Assembly: GCA_039184805.1 (NCBI GenBank)
Contig: JBCDAX010000008.1
Span: forward strand, 35,431 to 99,430
Length of the DNA: 64,000 bases
Direction: 5' to 3'
DNA from: Bacteroidota bacterium
GTDB taxonomy: Bacteria > Bacteroidota > Bacteroidia > Flavobacteriales > Flavobacteriaceae
Made by a program: the position numbers and the translations under genes. Positions within the stretch are counted from its first letter, which is position 1. The number at the start of each line of letters is the position of its first letter. The notes beneath the pieces were generated by a model. The model saw only the letters and a program-made list of their open reading frames with translations. It did not search any database and was not told the origin of the DNA. This document shows, in pieces, positions 50,942 to 60,162 of this stretch.

Positions 50942-51765
50942 AGCAACTCTCCACAGTTATAACAATACTTGGCCCCATCCCTATGTTCTTCAGCAGAGCA
51001 ACTAGGGCAACATTGCGTATTGGTGTGCACCCAATGTTTGTCTTTTCTTTTATTGAACTCAACAGTGACAATACCTGTAGGAACGGCTATAATACCATAA
51101 CCCATTATCATGATTACCGTAGCGAGGAACTGCCCAAAATTGGTTTGGGGTGCAATGTCACCATACCCTACGGTGGTCAAGGTAACAATGGTCCAATAGA
51201 TACTTCTTGGAATACTAGTAAATCCCGCCTCATTTCCTTCAATAAGGTACATAATGGTTCCCATGATGATGGACAGGATAAGAACTACATAGATAAAAAC
51301 GGTAATCTTTGCCCGACTTGCTTTTAGTGCTTCCCTTAATTGAGAGGCTTCACCCAGAAACTTGACCAGTTTTAGAATTCGAAAAATACGAAGTAAACGG
51401 AATGCCCTTAAGGCCAGTAACACTTGAGAACCGGCTAGGAGGTAAGAAAGATATAATGGTATGGTGGATAAAAAGTCGATAATGCCATAGAAGCTAAAGA
51501 TGTACTTCCATGGCTTTTTAATGCTAATAATACGCGCGATGTACTCAAAAGAAAAAAAGATGGTCACCACCCATTCCAAAGCGAATAAAATCTCATGATA
51601 CTTCTCATCTACCTCCTTCACACTTTCCAGCATTACCAGGATAACGCTCAAAACAATGAGGGCGACCAGCACAATATCAAAGAGTTTTCCTAAGGGAGTG
51701 TCGGCTTCATAAATGACTTCATGAAGTGAATGTTTCCATCCTGAATGTTTTTGTTGCGCTTTCAA
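50938..51765 (-). CDS. Voltage-gated-type potassium channel (ion transporter)
   Basis: S4-like RAFRLLRIFRILK; selectivity filter TTVGYGD; C-terminal CPSC...CYNC zinc ribbon. Confidence 0.93.
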   Translation of the reverse strand: MKAQQKHSGWKHSLHEVIYEADTPLGKLFDIVLVALIVLSVILVMLESVKEVDEKYHEILFALEWVVTIFFSFEYIARIISIKKPWKYIFSFYGIIDFLSTIPLYLSYLLAGSQVLLALRAFRLLRIFRILKLVKFLGEASQLREALKASRAKITVFIYVVLILSIIMGTIMYLIEGNEAGFTSIPRSIYWTIVTLTTVGYGDIAPQTNFGQFLATVIMIMGYGIIAVPTGIVTVEFNKRKDKHWVHTNTQCCPSCSAEEHRDGAKYCYNCGELL

Positions 51766-53078
51766 AGGGCAGGGGTTAACTCTAAAATTTTGAGCCTATT
51801 CTTTTTTCTTAAGTAAGACTCAATGATAAAAGTTGTATTCTCGTCACTCTGCATCGGGGTCAACAGGGATTCTAATATATGAATATTATTCCTTTGGTGG
51901 TTTAGCTCAACATAACCATAGCCCTTTAACTGTCCCTCTTTTATAAGGACAAAACTGTTTTCGCCAACTTCCCTACCTCTATCAAACAGGGCCATGTTTT
52001 TATTGAGCAAACTGTACTTTTCAAAAATACTTTCCCATTTTTGATGCCCATTCGGGATATCTTCCCCATTCTCGATACTCTCATTTAGTATCTCGAATTC
52101 GTATGCTGCAGACATTTTTTTGATGAAACTTTTTGCAGAAGACATACCATTAAACCCAATGCTTTTAGATTTACGCTGGCTACTTTTTACGATATCCAGC
52201 TCAATTTTGGGAGATCCATTGGATGAAAAATTAATGGCATGGGAGAAGAGGCGCTTTTTTGAAATATGATTATGCTTGGGTCGCGTCCGCTTGACTTCTT
52301 GATACTCTTTTAAAATAGCAATGAGTTCGCTTCCTGTTAGCTCAAAGGAAACTTTTTTGGTTTCTTTTTGAAGTTTTCTGGCCAACTGTCCCACATTGGT
52401 GAAATGCTGGTTCACACGCTTTTGAATATCCTTTGTCTTTCCCAAAAAGATAATCTCTCCTTCCTTGTCATGCATATAATATATGCCTGTCTTTGAAGGG
52501 AGCTGAGAAACCATTTGTAATTGATTTGCCGACAGTTCTCCATGTTCTGCATCTCGCATTACCTCTTGAATAATGCTCTTTTCGGAATCTTTTGCCAACA
52601 ATAATTTGAACAATTTAACCGTAGCCAAAGCATCTCCGTTGGCTCTATGTCTATCGCTCATGGGTATACCCAATGACCGAACGAGTTTTCCCAAACTGTG
52701 GGATTTAGCATCAGGAAGCAATTTTTTGGAGAGGTCAACAGTGCACAAGGTCTTTCTTTGAAAGTCATAACCCAATCGTCTGAATTCTGTCCGAAGGATA
52801 CGATAATCAAATTGGGCATTGTGAGCCACGATAACAGCACCTTCTGTAATCTCTATAATACGTTTAGCCACTTCATGAAACTTAGGGGCGGTACGCAGCA
52901 TTTTGTTATTTATTCCTGTAAGTTTCGATACAAAAGGTTGAATTTCCCTTTCTGGATTTATCAAACTCATGAATCGGTCAATTATCTCATGACCATCAAA
53001 TTTATAAATGGCAATTTCCATAATGCCCTCCTCGTTGTATTGACCTCCGGTACTTTCAATATCAAGAATGGCGTACAT
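51762..53078 (-). CDS. DEDDh 3'-5' exonuclease (DnaQ-like) fused to a GIY-YIG-like domain
   Basis: LDIESTG, AHNAQFD, HRANGDA; then GIYYM....EIIFLGK...KRV. Confidence 0.88.
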   Translation of the reverse strand: MYAILDIESTGGQYNEEGIMEIAIYKFDGHEIIDRFMSLINPEREIQPFVSKLTGINNKMLRTAPKFHEVAKRIIEITEGAVIVAHNAQFDYRILRTEFRRLGYDFQRKTLCTVDLSKKLLPDAKSHSLGKLVRSLGIPMSDRHRANGDALATVKLFKLLLAKDSEKSIIQEVMRDAEHGELSANQLQMVSQLPSKTGIYYMHDKEGEIIFLGKTKDIQKRVNQHFTNVGQLARKLQKETKKVSFELTGSELIAILKEYQEVKRTRPKHNHISKKRLFSHAINFSSNGSPKIELDIVKSSQRKSKSIGFNGMSSAKSFIKKMSAAYEFEILNESIENGEDIPNGHQKWESIFEKYSLLNKNMALFDRGREVGENSFVLIKEGQLKGYGYVELNHQRNNIHILESLLTPMQSDENTTFIIESYLRKKNRLKILELTPAL

Positions 53079-53096
53079 AAAAAATAAAGTTGATTT

Positions 53097-53756
53097 CTAA
53101 TGGTAGTTTCTGGCCCCAAAGATACTACTTCCAATGCGTACCATGTTGCTTCCTTCCTCAATGGCAATACCATAATCCCCACTCATACCCATGGATAATA
53201 CGTTTACATGGGGCAATTTTGATGCTAAGGAATCATATATGGATTTTAAATGGGTGAACTCCTGTCGAATTTGGTTTGTGTCTTCTGTAAAGGTTGCCAT
53301 ACCCATCAAACCAACAATTTTTACATTTTGAAGGGCTTTAAAGGCATCCGATGCTATTATTTCATTCAACTCCTCTAGGTCTAAACCAAACTTGGTCTCT
53401 TCTTGGGCAATGTGCATTTGAAACAAACAAGAAATGGTGCGATTGTGTTTTTTGGCTTGTTTATCGATTTCGGTAAGCAAACGTAAACTATCTACCCCAT
53501 GTATCATCGAAACATACTCCGCCATATACTTGACCTTATTGCGTTGCACATGTCCAATCATATGCCATTCAATGTCTTTGGGCAGCTGTTCCCATTTCTG
53601 GGTCATATCTTGGATTTTATTTTCTCCAAAAACTCTATGTCCAGTATTATAGGCCTCAAGAATGTCTTCGTTAGGTTTGGTCTTAGACACGGCCACCAAG
53701 GTCACGTTGGCGGGGAGTTTATCTTGTATTGTATTTAAATTCTCTGCTATACTCAT
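53097..53756 (-). CDS. yggS: PLP homeostasis protein (YggS family)
   Basis: VAVSKTKP, FGENKIQ, WHMIGHVQRNK, LSMGMSGDY, MVRIGSSIFG. Confidence 0.95.
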   Translation of the reverse strand: MSIAENLNTIQDKLPANVTLVAVSKTKPNEDILEAYNTGHRVFGENKIQDMTQKWEQLPKDIEWHMIGHVQRNKVKYMAEYVSMIHGVDSLRLLTEIDKQAKKHNRTISCLFQMHIAQEETKFGLDLEELNEIIASDAFKALQNVKIVGLMGMATFTEDTNQIRQEFTHLKSIYDSLASKLPHVNVLSMGMSGDYGIAIEEGSNMVRIGSSIFGARNYH

Positions 53757-53767
53757 TTGTAGAACAT

Positions 53768-55003
53768 TTACAGCTCATAAATGGCCATTCCACTTCGCAA
53801 TTTAGGTTCAATATAAGTGCTTTTGGGAGGCATTACCAAACCTGCATCGGCAATAGCTTTAATTTCATCCATAGTAATGGGTACAAGACTAAAACCTACC
53901 TTAAAGTCTCCTTTATCTATACTATCCTTCATTTTGATGGTATTGTGCTTGCCATAACCATATGAGATACGCTTGTCGTTTCGTAAATCATGAATGCCCA
54001 AGATAGGTTCCAAGATAGTTTTATATAGAATTTGGGTATCCAACTTACTAAGCGCATCGTTGAACGTATATTTTGTATGTCGTAGGTATAACGAATAAAA
54101 CTCACCTCCTAAATACATGCCAAAATGGTGTTTTTTTGTCGGCTTATAGAGATCGTCCTCTTTTTTTTCTATTCGGAAGTATTCATCCAGTTTAATGAGA
54201 AATTCTTCAACGGAATACCCATTTAAATCCCGAACCATACGGTTGAATTCATATATCCGTATTTGTGATTCTGGGATGAGATAGGCCATAAAATAATTGT
54301 AGGGTTCGGTTCCCGAGTGGGCTGTATTCTCTTTGATTTTTCGTTGGGCCAACAAATGGGAAGATGCGCTTCTGTGATGTCCATCTGCAATGTAAAGTGC
54401 ATCCATTTCACCAAAAATCTCAATTAGTTCCTGGAGGGTTTCTGGATTTTGAATTTTCCAAAGTTGGTGCCTTATCTTATCCGTGGTAGAAAAGTCGTAT
54501 TCTGGTGTTTTCTCTATTTCCAACTGCAATATCCGTTCTACATTGGGATTATCGGCATAAGTCATCAAAACAGGCTCCGCATTGAAGCCAACCGTATGCA
54601 AATAATCAGCAAAAAGTTTTTCCCGACGTCGCAACGTATCTTCATGCTTTTTGATAACATCCTTGGCATAATCTTCAAGACTGCAAGTGCAGAAAAAACC
54701 CAAACTTTGAAAATCGCCTTTTCCCGTTCGGTACAAATAAAAGCTGGCCTCTTTGTCTTTTTCGAAAATATCCTCTTCCAAAAACTCCATATACCGGTTA
54801 TGGACCAATTTGAAACGCTCTTTACCTGAAATGGTCTTATGGAACTTAAATCCAGGATTGATAATATGCAGAAAAGAAAAGGGGTTGAACTCTAGAATAG
54901 AGCGCAATTCCTTTTTTGCATACTTTTCATACGAGCGTGATACAACAAAAGGGGCTTTGTCCTTGGAAGGGCGAATGGCCTTGAAAGGTCTGATAAAGGC
55001 CAT
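53768..55003 (-). CDS. DUF1015 family protein
   Basis: IKKHEDT, NAEPV, YIADGHHRSA, MPPKSTYIEPKLRSG. Confidence 0.88.
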   Translation of the reverse strand: MAFIRPFKAIRPSKDKAPFVVSRSYEKYAKKELRSILEFNPFSFLHIINPGFKFHKTISGKERFKLVHNRYMEFLEEDIFEKDKEASFYLYRTGKGDFQSLGFFCTCSLEDYAKDVIKKHEDTLRRREKLFADYLHTVGFNAEPVLMTYADNPNVERILQLEIEKTPEYDFSTTDKIRHQLWKIQNPETLQELIEIFGEMDALYIADGHHRSASSHLLAQRKIKENTAHSGTEPYNYFMAYLIPESQIRIYEFNRMVRDLNGYSVEEFLIKLDEYFRIEKKEDDLYKPTKKHHFGMYLGGEFYSLYLRHTKYTFNDALSKLDTQILYKTILEPILGIHDLRNDKRISYGYGKHNTIKMKDSIDKGDFKVGFSLVPITMDEIKAIADAGLVMPPKSTYIEPKLRSGMAIYEL

Positions 55004-55009
55004 AGATGT

Positions 55010-55897
55010 TTACTTAAATTGTGCTGATACCCTTTCAGCTTTTCGGGATTCTGAATAATCGTAAAACCCTTCTCCCGATTTTACACCAAGTTTTCCAGCC
55101 ATGACCATATTGACCAATAAAGGACATGGGGCATATTTAGGATTTTTAAAACCGTCATACATAACATTCAAAATGGAGAGGCAAACATCCAGTCCAATAA
55201 AATCAGCCAATTGCAATGGTCCCATAGGGTGCGCCATGCCTAGTTTCATCACGGTATCTATCTCCGTTACCCCAGCTACGCCATTGTAAAGAGTTTCAAT
55301 GGCCTCATTTATCATGGGCATCAGGATTCGATTGGCTACAAATCCAGGATAATCATTTACCTCTGTCGGTGTTTTGCCCAACTTTTTGGACAACTCCATG
55401 ATGGTTTGGGTCACTGCATCGGATGTACTGTACCCTCGAATGATTTCAACCAACTTCATAATGGGTACTGGGTTCATAAAGTGCATTCCTATTACTTGGT
55501 CAGGTCGCTTTGTAACTGCTGCAATTTGGGTAATGGAAATGGATGAGGTATTCGTTGCCAAAATAGTATTGGCATCACATACGTTATCCAGGTCTTCAAA
55601 AATCTTCAGCTTTATGTTGAGATTTTCCGTTGCTGCCTCCACGACCAAGTCCGTCCCTTTTACACCTTCTTTCAAAGAGGTATAGGTGGTTATCCGTCCT
55701 AAGGTTTCTGATTTGTCGCTTTCGGAAATTTTTTCCTTAGCCAACATACGGTCCAAGTTTTTGGTAATGGTGGCCAAACCCCTTTCCAACGAGGCTTCTG
55801 AGATATCCACCAAATTCACCTGATACCCACTTTGTGCAAAAACATGGGCAATTCCGTTCCCCATTGTGCCTGCACCAATGACAGCAATTGTATTCAT
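55010..55897 (-). CDS. hbd: 3-hydroxybutyryl-CoA dehydrogenase
   Basis: GAGTMGNGIA, EAATEN, NTSSISI, GMHFMNP, PMGPLQLADFIGLD. Confidence 0.93.
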   Translation of the reverse strand: MNTIAVIGAGTMGNGIAHVFAQSGYQVNLVDISEASLERGLATITKNLDRMLAKEKISESDKSETLGRITTYTSLKEGVKGTDLVVEAATENLNIKLKIFEDLDNVCDANTILATNTSSISITQIAAVTKRPDQVIGMHFMNPVPIMKLVEIIRGYSTSDAVTQTIMELSKKLGKTPTEVNDYPGFVANRILMPMINEAIETLYNGVAGVTEIDTVMKLGMAHPMGPLQLADFIGLDVCLSILNVMYDGFKNPKYAPCPLLVNMVMAGKLGVKSGEGFYDYSESRKAERVSAQFK

Positions 55898-55904
55898 TCT
55901 ATAT

Positions 55905-56870
55905 TTATTGTTTAAACGATTCTATAATTTGAAGGGCTACCCTTAGCGCATTGGTTCCCTGTTCCAGACTGACTATGGGTGTGGTATTTTCGTTAATGGC
56001 ATCCGCAAAGGTCTCCAGCTCATCCAAAATAGCATTGTTTGCATGGATTTCTGGATTCTCAAAATAGATTTGTTTACGCAAGCCCTCTGCATTTTGAAGA
56101 ATCATATCAAAATCTCCAGGCTTTTCCGGCGCATCCTTCATTTTGACCACCTCTACTTTTTTCTCTAGAAAATCTACAGAGATATACGCATCTTTTTGAA
56201 AGAAGCGGGATTTTCTCATGTTTTTCAATGAAATCCTGCTGGAAGTTAGATTGGCGACACAACCATTTTCAAATTCTATTCGCGCATTGGCGATGTCTGG
56301 CGAATTGCTGATTACGGAGACCCCACTTGCATTGATTTGCTTTACTGGGGAGTTTACGACACTAAGGATGACATCAATATCATGAATCATCAAATCCAAA
56401 ACAACAGGCACATCCGTCCCCCTAGGGTTGAATTCCGCCAAACGATGGGTTTCGATGAACATCGGGTTCTCCACTTTTTCCTTTACCGCAATGAAAGCTG
56501 GATTGAAGCGCTCTACATGGCCGACTTGACCTTTTACACCATGTTCTGTAACCAATTGAAGGAGGTTTTCGGCTTCCTCCAAAGTGTTTGTGATAGGCTT
56601 TTCAATAAAAATGTGTTTTCCTTTTTGAATGGCCTTTTTGGCACAATCAAAATGGGATAGAGTGGGTGTTACAATGTCCACAACATCAACTGAATCCATC
56701 AAAAAACTCATGTTTTCAAAGTAGGTATACCCAAATTCTTCAGCTACCTTTTTGGCATTTATTTCATCGGGGTCATAAAATCCAATTAGTTCATATTTTT
56801 CGGATTCATTTAAGAGTCTGAGATGGATTTTACCTAAATGTCCTGCACCAAGGACACCAACTTTTAACAT
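55905..56870 (-). CDS. Gfo/Idh/MocA oxidoreductase, GnnA-like
   Basis: True start ATG 56870: MLKVGVLGAGHLGKIH, FIEKP, VGHVERFNPA, DLMIHDID, NLTSSRIS. Confidence 0.85.
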   Translation of the reverse strand: MLKVGVLGAGHLGKIHLRLLNESEKYELIGFYDPDEINAKKVAEEFGYTYFENMSFLMDSVDVVDIVTPTLSHFDCAKKAIQKGKHIFIEKPITNTLEEAENLLQLVTEHGVKGQVGHVERFNPAFIAVKEKVENPMFIETHRLAEFNPRGTDVPVVLDLMIHDIDVILSVVNSPVKQINASGVSVISNSPDIANARIEFENGCVANLTSSRISLKNMRKSRFFQKDAYISVDFLEKKVEVVKMKDAPEKPGDFDMILQNAEGLRKQIYFENPEIHANNAILDELETFADAINENTTPIVSLEQGTNALRVALQIIESFKQ

Positions 56871-56985
56871 GCTTTCTGATTTTCTCCAAAAATACGATTC
56901 TGTTAGCAGTTGGCATAAAATAAAAAGTGGCTCACAAGTATAAATTTCGCGGGAACTTTTTAAATTCGAGCACCAGACCACAACC

Positions 56986-57627
56986 ATGAAGGATACATTG
57001 AAGCATAACGGAATGCGCAATAAATTGGCGCAGGTTATAGAGGCTAAGGGAATAACCGATAAAGGCGTCCTAAATGCCATACGAAAAGTTCCGCGCCATC
57101 TTTTTTTGGATAGTAGTTTTGAAGCCCACGCCTACCAAGACAAGGCTTTTCCTATTGGTGCCAGTCAGACCATATCCCAGCCGTATACCGTTGCTTTTCA
57201 AACAGCATTGCTCGAAGTAAAACCCAACCATTCTATTTTGGAAATAGGTACGGGAAGTGGGTATCAGACAGCAATTCTTTTGGAACTTAGAGCTAAGGTA
57301 TTTACTATAGAACGTCAACAAGAGCTATTCAAAAAGACCAAACTGTTTTTTGGAAAAATGGGATATCGACCTAAAAAAACAATTTTTGGAGATGGCTACA
57401 AAGGTCTGCCTGAAGATGCGCCTTTTGATGGTATTATTGTCACAGCAGGGGCTCCTTTTGTTCCGAAACCTTTGCTGTCACAGTTAAAAGTAGGAGGGAA
57501 GTTGGTCATTCCGGTTGGCTCTGAAGAACAAGTAATGACAAGGTATATCCGAAAATCGGAAAAGGAATTTGAAAAGGAAGAATTAGGCGTTTTTCGGTTT
57601 GTTCCGCTTCTAGAGGACAAGAATTAA
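56986..57627 (+). CDS. pcm: Protein-L-isoaspartate O-methyltransferase
   Basis: [41 protein letters not shown]. Confidence 0.95.
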   Translation: MKDTLKHNGMRNKLAQVIEAKGITDKGVLNAIRKVPRHLFLDSSFEAHAYQDKAFPIGASQTISQPYTVAFQTALLEVKPNHSILEIGTGSGYQTAILLELRAKVFTIERQQELFKKTKLFFGKMGYRPKKTIFGDGYKGLPEDAPFDGIIVTAGAPFVPKPLLSQLKVGGKLVIPVGSEEQVMTRYIRKSEKEFEKEELGVFRFVPLLEDKN

Positions 57628-58085
57628 TTGTTAAAATTCTTCTTGATTCGCGACAGATTCCTTTTGTTGTCTCTGTCTTTAATATTTTCCCGTTTGTCAT
57701 ACAACTTTTTACCCTTTGCCAATGCAATGTTCAGTTTGGCCAGTCCTCTATCATTTATAAACAGATTCAAGGGAACAATGGTAAGCCCAGAAGAAGTTAC
57801 CTCCTTTCGTAATTTCTTTAGCTCTTGCTTGTTAAGTAATAATTTTCGCTCGGCCTTAGGCTTATGATTATAATAACTGCCATGGCTGTATTCATCAACC
57901 TGCATATTGATGACAAAAAGTTCCCCTTTATCATTGAACTCGCAGAAGCTTTGGGATAAGGAAGCTTTTCCCAACCGAATGGATTTAATCTCGGTTCCAG
58001 ACAGCACTATCCCAGCGGTGTAGGTATCCAGTAGCTCAAAATCAAATCGGGCCCTTTTATTTTTTATGTTGATGTTTTTCTGCAT
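57624..58085 (-). CDS. smpB: SsrA-binding protein
   Basis: [34 protein letters not shown]; -7 element TATTTTTG at 58092-58099. Confidence 0.97.
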   Translation of the reverse strand: MQKNINIKNKRARFDFELLDTYTAGIVLSGTEIKSIRLGKASLSQSFCEFNDKGELFVINMQVDEYSHGSYYNHKPKAERKLLLNKQELKKLRKEVTSSGLTIVPLNLFINDRGLAKLNIALAKGKKLYDKRENIKDRDNKRNLSRIKKNFNN

Positions 58086-58166
58086 GATGGGCAAAAATAT
58101 AAACTCTTATTGGAGAAAATTGTAATGTTGCAGTGCTTTTTCCGATTATTGAGAAAACAAAACTTC

Positions 58167-58910
58167 ATGAAACTACGACTTATTCCACTTTTAGCACTTC
58201 TAATAACTGCCTGTAAAAAAGAGGTGAAACAGGAACTTGATGTTCAATCCATTGTTGATAGTTCGATTGTAAAAAGTGGCGGAAAATTATTTAAAGACCA
58301 CAAGGTTTCTTTCTTTTTTAGAAATCGAAAGTATTCCTCATACTATGTGGAGGGTCAGAAAATGTTGGAACGTTATACGTTTTTGGATTCCAATATGATT
58401 GCGGATAAAAAATCAAATACTGATTTCAAACGATTTATCAATGATAGTTTGGTGCAATTACCGGATTCTTTGGTAAGTCGGTATGCAAACTCTGTGAATT
58501 CTGTGCACTACTTTTCAAAACTTCCTTTTGGGTTGAACGATAAGGCGGTCAACAAAGAATACTTGGGAGAAGAAACTATAATGGAAATACCCTATTACAA
58601 AGTAAAGGTCACTTTTAATCAAGCAGGGGGAGGAGATGACTTTGACGATACTTATCTGTATTGGTTCAACAAGAAGACCATGTTGCCGGATTATCTCGCT
58701 TATGATTTTCATGTAGACGGAGGTGGACAACGCTTTAGGGAAGCCTATAATGAGCGATACATCAATGGTATTCGCTTTGTGGACTACAACAATTATAAGC
58801 CGAAAAACAAGGGTTCCGATTTAGTGGATATTGCGCAATTATTTGCCAAAGACAGTTTGGATTTATTGTCAAAAATTGAATTAGAAAAGATTGAGGTGCT
58901 AAAGGACTAG
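58167..58910 (+). CDS. DUF6503-like lipoprotein
   Basis: Lipobox ITAC; YFSKLPFGLND, GGGDDFDD, DYLAY, RFREAYN. Confidence 0.7.
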   Translation: MKLRLIPLLALLITACKKEVKQELDVQSIVDSSIVKSGGKLFKDHKVSFFFRNRKYSSYYVEGQKMLERYTFLDSNMIADKKSNTDFKRFINDSLVQLPDSLVSRYANSVNSVHYFSKLPFGLNDKAVNKEYLGEETIMEIPYYKVKVTFNQAGGGDDFDDTYLYWFNKKTMLPDYLAYDFHVDGGGQRFREAYNERYINGIRFVDYNNYKPKNKGSDLVDIAQLFAKDSLDLLSKIELEKIEVLKD

Positions 58911-59431
58911 TCCATTTTCAATCTGAAGTCGGTGATGTTGTCATCTATGAACCGAACGATGAAAAGACTACTGTTATCATCGTCGTCCATTTGGGAATAT
59001 TTATCCTCTCCCAACAATTGATTGACAAAAACAGGAGTGGTATTGCTATGTCCAACAATCAATACATTTTGGCCTTTATGGTTTTCTTTAAAGCTCTCAA
59101 TATCCACTGCGCCTGGGTCATAGAATTCTATTTCGATTTCTTTTTTTATCGATGCAGGAGCTGCGGTCATTGTAGTTCTTTCGTAATTCGTAGAATAGAT
59201 GGCGTCCAATTCTATAGGGTCGAAGACTTCAGCCCATTTAAGAGCACGATTTAACCCATCTTGATTAAGTTCTGGGTCCGTGTTTTCAGGATTGGTTCTA
59301 TCTTTTTCGGCGTGCCGAATAAGATAAAATGTGGATATGACGGGGTCTTTGGGCTCCTCCTTACAACCAATGAAGGTTAGTAAAAGCGCAAAAACTAAAA
59401 AAAGATGTGGTGTTGTCCGTTTTATCATCAT
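58907..59431 (-). CDS. Histidine phosphatase superfamily (SixA/PGM-like) lipoprotein
   Basis: Lipobox FIGC; YLIRHAEK, STNYERT, LIVGHSNT. Confidence 0.88.
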   Translation of the reverse strand: MMIKRTTPHLFLVFALLLTFIGCKEEPKDPVISTFYLIRHAEKDRTNPENTDPELNQDGLNRALKWAEVFDPIELDAIYSTNYERTTMTAAPASIKKEIEIEFYDPGAVDIESFKENHKGQNVLIVGHSNTTPVFVNQLLGEDKYSQMDDDDNSSLFIVRFIDDNITDFRLKMD

Positions 59432-59442
59432 GTTTAATCCCC

Positions 59443-60039
59443 TTATTTTTTAATTTCTTTTTGTACCAGGTGCTCCAAGTAGGCAATTGTGTTTACTAAA
59501 TACTTTCTATCTCGCGTCATGGTGGCCATGGCAATAGCGCCCTGTAGCATGGTAAATAATTGCTTGGCAAATTGTAATGGGGGAACAGGTATTTTTATTT
59601 CGCTGGCGTTGACGCCATTTTCCAGTACCAAGGCGATTTTACCCTCAATTTCGTTAATAGTTTCCTTAACGGCGGCGGCCAAAAGTCGGTTGTTGTTTTG
59701 TGCATCAATTCCAACATTCAAAATAGGACAGCCTCCAAAGGGGAGGGTAAACACATCATATTGTCTGTAAAAACGAATTAAGGAAAAAAGTTTGTCCAGA
59801 GCTTCACCTTCTACATCAAGCTTTTCGTCAATAATAGCCAGTAATTGTTTTTGGTTGTGTTGAAAAGCCGAGAGCGCTAAGGCCTCTTTGTTTTCAAAAT
59901 TACCGTAAATGGCACCTTTGGTGAGTCCCGTAGCTTCGGTAATATCGCTCATGCTTGTGCCGACATACCCAAACTTGTTGAATATGGGCGCAACAGTCTC
60001 AATGATGTAGGCAGTGGTTCTTTCTGCTTTTTTGGACAT
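59443..60039 (-). CDS. TetR/AcrR family transcriptional regulator
   Basis: HTH GTSMSDITEATGLTKGAIYGNFENK; GGCPILN. Confidence 0.94.
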   Translation of the reverse strand: MSKKAERTTAYIIETVAPIFNKFGYVGTSMSDITEATGLTKGAIYGNFENKEALALSAFQHNQKQLLAIIDEKLDVEGEALDKLFSLIRFYRQYDVFTLPFGGCPILNVGIDAQNNNRLLAAAVKETINEIEGKIALVLENGVNASEIKIPVPPLQFAKQLFTMLQGAIAMATMTRDRKYLVNTIAYLEHLVQKEIKK

Positions 60040-60066
60040 TTTGGTTCAGGGTTGGTATGGTATTGG

Positions 60067-60098
60067 CTAAGATATGAAAAACATATACTGTATGGTAT
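60067..60098 (-). promoter_or_regulatory. TetR gene promoter with palindromic operator candidate
   Basis: -7 variant TATCTTAG 60067-60074; ATAC-N6-GTAT at 60085-60098. Confidence 0.45.
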
Positions 60099-60109
60099 TT
60101 TAAATACAA

Positions 60110-60143
60110 AATGCCCCTACTTTTAACAAAATAAGGGCATTGC
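60110..60143 (-). terminator. Terminator after clpB
   Basis: AATGCCC...GGGCATT stem about 20 nt past the clpB stop. Confidence 0.6.
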
Positions 60144-60162
60144 ATTATCTATGAGGTATAAT

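Noticed and set aside
56871-57080. 70-aa N-terminal extension of the Gfo/Idh/MocA ORF overlapping pcm
   Set aside because: Artefact of longest-ORF calling; the Rossmann motif starts right after ATG 56870. The same applies to the extensions at 26961, 27051, 21436 and 58110.
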